In this document: positions 62,203 through 64,000 of the stretch, in pieces
Numbering within the stretch: the stretch's first letter is position 1
How the letters are laid out: every line of letters begins with the position of its first letter
Assembly: GCA_016748015.1 (NCBI GenBank)
Contig: JAAOMT010000503.1
Span: 459,669 to 523,668, forward strand
Length of the DNA stretch: 64,000 nucleotides
Source: Geosiphon pyriformis uo1
Taxonomy: Eukaryota > Fungi > Glomeromycota
Direction: 5' to 3'
Program-made: the position numbers and the translations under genes
Notes under the pieces: generated by a model
Database searches by the model: none
Seen by the model: the letters and a program-made list of their open reading frames with translations, nothing else
Told to the model about the DNA's origin: nothing

Positions 62203-64000
62203 ATGTCCGCGCTTGATCTCGACGATGATCAGTCGTCAGTAGCCTCTTTTCCTTTACCCCGCGAGGCTCATTTGTCTGGTCCACCTTCAGCCATTTCTGG
62301 CCTAAATCCTGGCTCCTCTACAATCACCGTTAACACTATACTTCCTCCAGATCAACCCAATGTCAACTTCAAGCCTACCACGACCGCCATTTCAAAAAAC
62401 TCAAAACTGAAATTGCATGTTTTGCTAGACTCAACAATATATACAGCTGGTGGAACTTTGAACGGGAGATTTGTATTAACAAGTTCAACTTCCCGCTCTT
62501 TAAAAGTGGCAGAGATATCTGTTGAATTAACAGCTTATGAAGGTTCCAATCCAATAAATTTTGCTGTATTTTATATTACTAAAATTCTTGCCAATGGAAT
62601 TCAGTGGTTCCTTAAGATATTTCAATGAATTCCAAAATAACCCGTATTACGCGTTTTTTCACAGAATTAACTACTCGTGAATATACTGCCACGCAATCAT
62701 TCCTCTCTTCGCGCTTGGTATTTCAAGGGTCAAATTTACCAGCATCCAACGCAGTTCATGGGCCAAGAGATCCTAATGGTTTTTGGACAGCAAAAAAAGG
62801 AAAAACAACTTTTCCCTTCGCCTTTAAAATTCCAATCGATGCTCCAAGTTCTTTTGTTTATGGAAACGTTGCAAGTCTTCGATATGTAATAACTGGGTAG
62901 GTTTTTTATATATATAGAAAATTTTTTTATGAATTATCCCATTGCTAAGGTAAATCAACTTTATTCACTTTTAGTGTTGTTCAAATATTCTATAATAATA
63001 AAGAGGATACGATTTTTAAGTCAAAGGAGGCTTTTGTCGTGGAAGCTTGGGATGGACATAATCCAATTTACAAGCAGCCAGTTGATGCAATGAATATGAA
63101 ACAATTATGGATGGGGGGAACCGGTGCCGTTACTTTGGAAGGGACATTAGTTGAGACCTTATTCACGAGTGGCGGTAATATAAGTGCACAAGTTAGAGTT
63201 TGCAATGAAACCAAAAGAAGGGTGAGCGACACTCCCTTTAGAAATTGTTATGATATTCAAAAAAGTATTAGGTTAATAAAGATTTCAATTTATCCTCACT
63301 TAGGTTCAAGGCTTAAAACTTGCCGTTACTCAAAGACTTCTAATTCTTGCCAACAAAAATAAAAAGGAAGCAGATGATACCAAGATTATTGCAGAAACCT
63401 TAGCGGAGGAATGGTTTAAAAATAAGGACTTTTTATTTGATTGTGGTGAAGATCGTACTACCACAGTAAATCTACATGTACCGGTGAGGATGATATGCGT
63501 CTTTCTTGCAAAGTTTATATGAAAACCCTAACCAATCAATTGATTCTAATTACTGCGCACAGAACACTGTTCGGACCATCCGAAATACAGCTCTTTTCGA
63601 AGTGTCCTGTCATGTAGTGATTTCTTTGTATTTAGGTCCTTTTATGTAAGTCATTCAACGAAATTACGTGAAAACCTAAATAAAACTCTACAAATTAATT
63701 TCCTGGTAATTGTTTAATAGGAAAGACCTTACCGTAGAGTTACCTGCGAGTATTTGTCATTCAGCATCTCTGCAACCTCCTCCCATAGCAGATTTAGAGC
63801 TTAATCATTTTCCGAATCATTACAATATGATCGATGAAACCAATGACTTTTTCGTTGAAGATATTCGGCAAGATGATTCCGTAACGTTAGGGAGTCTGTC
63901 TCAGCCAGTCAATATTCCTCAAAGGAACCGTGCTCTTCCTTGGGACCAGGAAGATGAGAACGCCTATCGTGGACGTTATTCCCCTACCGGAAATTCAACT
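62203..64000 (+). CDS. Arrestin-domain (arrestin_N/C) protein; runs off the window
   Basis: IYTAGGTLNGRFVL..ISVELTAYE, GKTTFPFAFKIPIDAPSSF, LRYVITG, VRVCNETKRRVQGLKL and TIRNTALFEVSCHV. GT-AG introns. Confidence 0.8.

Overview
Eukaryotic, intron-rich and AT-rich fungal DNA. Gene style and transposon families suggest an early-diverging fungus, probably Glomeromycotina (Geosiphon-like); this is inference. Two gene islands flank a ~34 kb nested transposon cluster. The left island (2.7-13.3 kb) holds a TVP38/TMEM64-family gene, SMC4 and a HAL4/SAT4/HRK1-type kinase. The right island (48.4-64 kb) holds a pseudogene, a MITE, ATG44/mitofissin, TFB5, TOR and an arrestin-domain gene. The cluster (14-48.4 kb) resolves into ORF1-only LINE derivatives, a MULE remnant, two full-length decayed Ty3/Gypsy elements (22705-32574 and 34707-45257), a tandem three-LTR non-autonomous partner and solo LTRs. 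Both full-length elements encode a Cys-rich insert and a dUTPase between protease and RT, plus a homologous third ORF after integrase. The most striking signal is that all seven readable LTR insertion junctions, from three LTR families, have 4-bp target sites whose centre is a CpG-decay product. For five of them, paralogous or paired copies directly reconstruct an ancestral CpG (ACGT, CCGG, YCGT, CCGT). This points to a CpG-targeted (possibly methyl-CpG-targeted) retrotransposon system nesting inside older repeats, acting alongside a repeat-restricted C-to-T hypermutation that erases those targets. All counts and alignments were done by eye.
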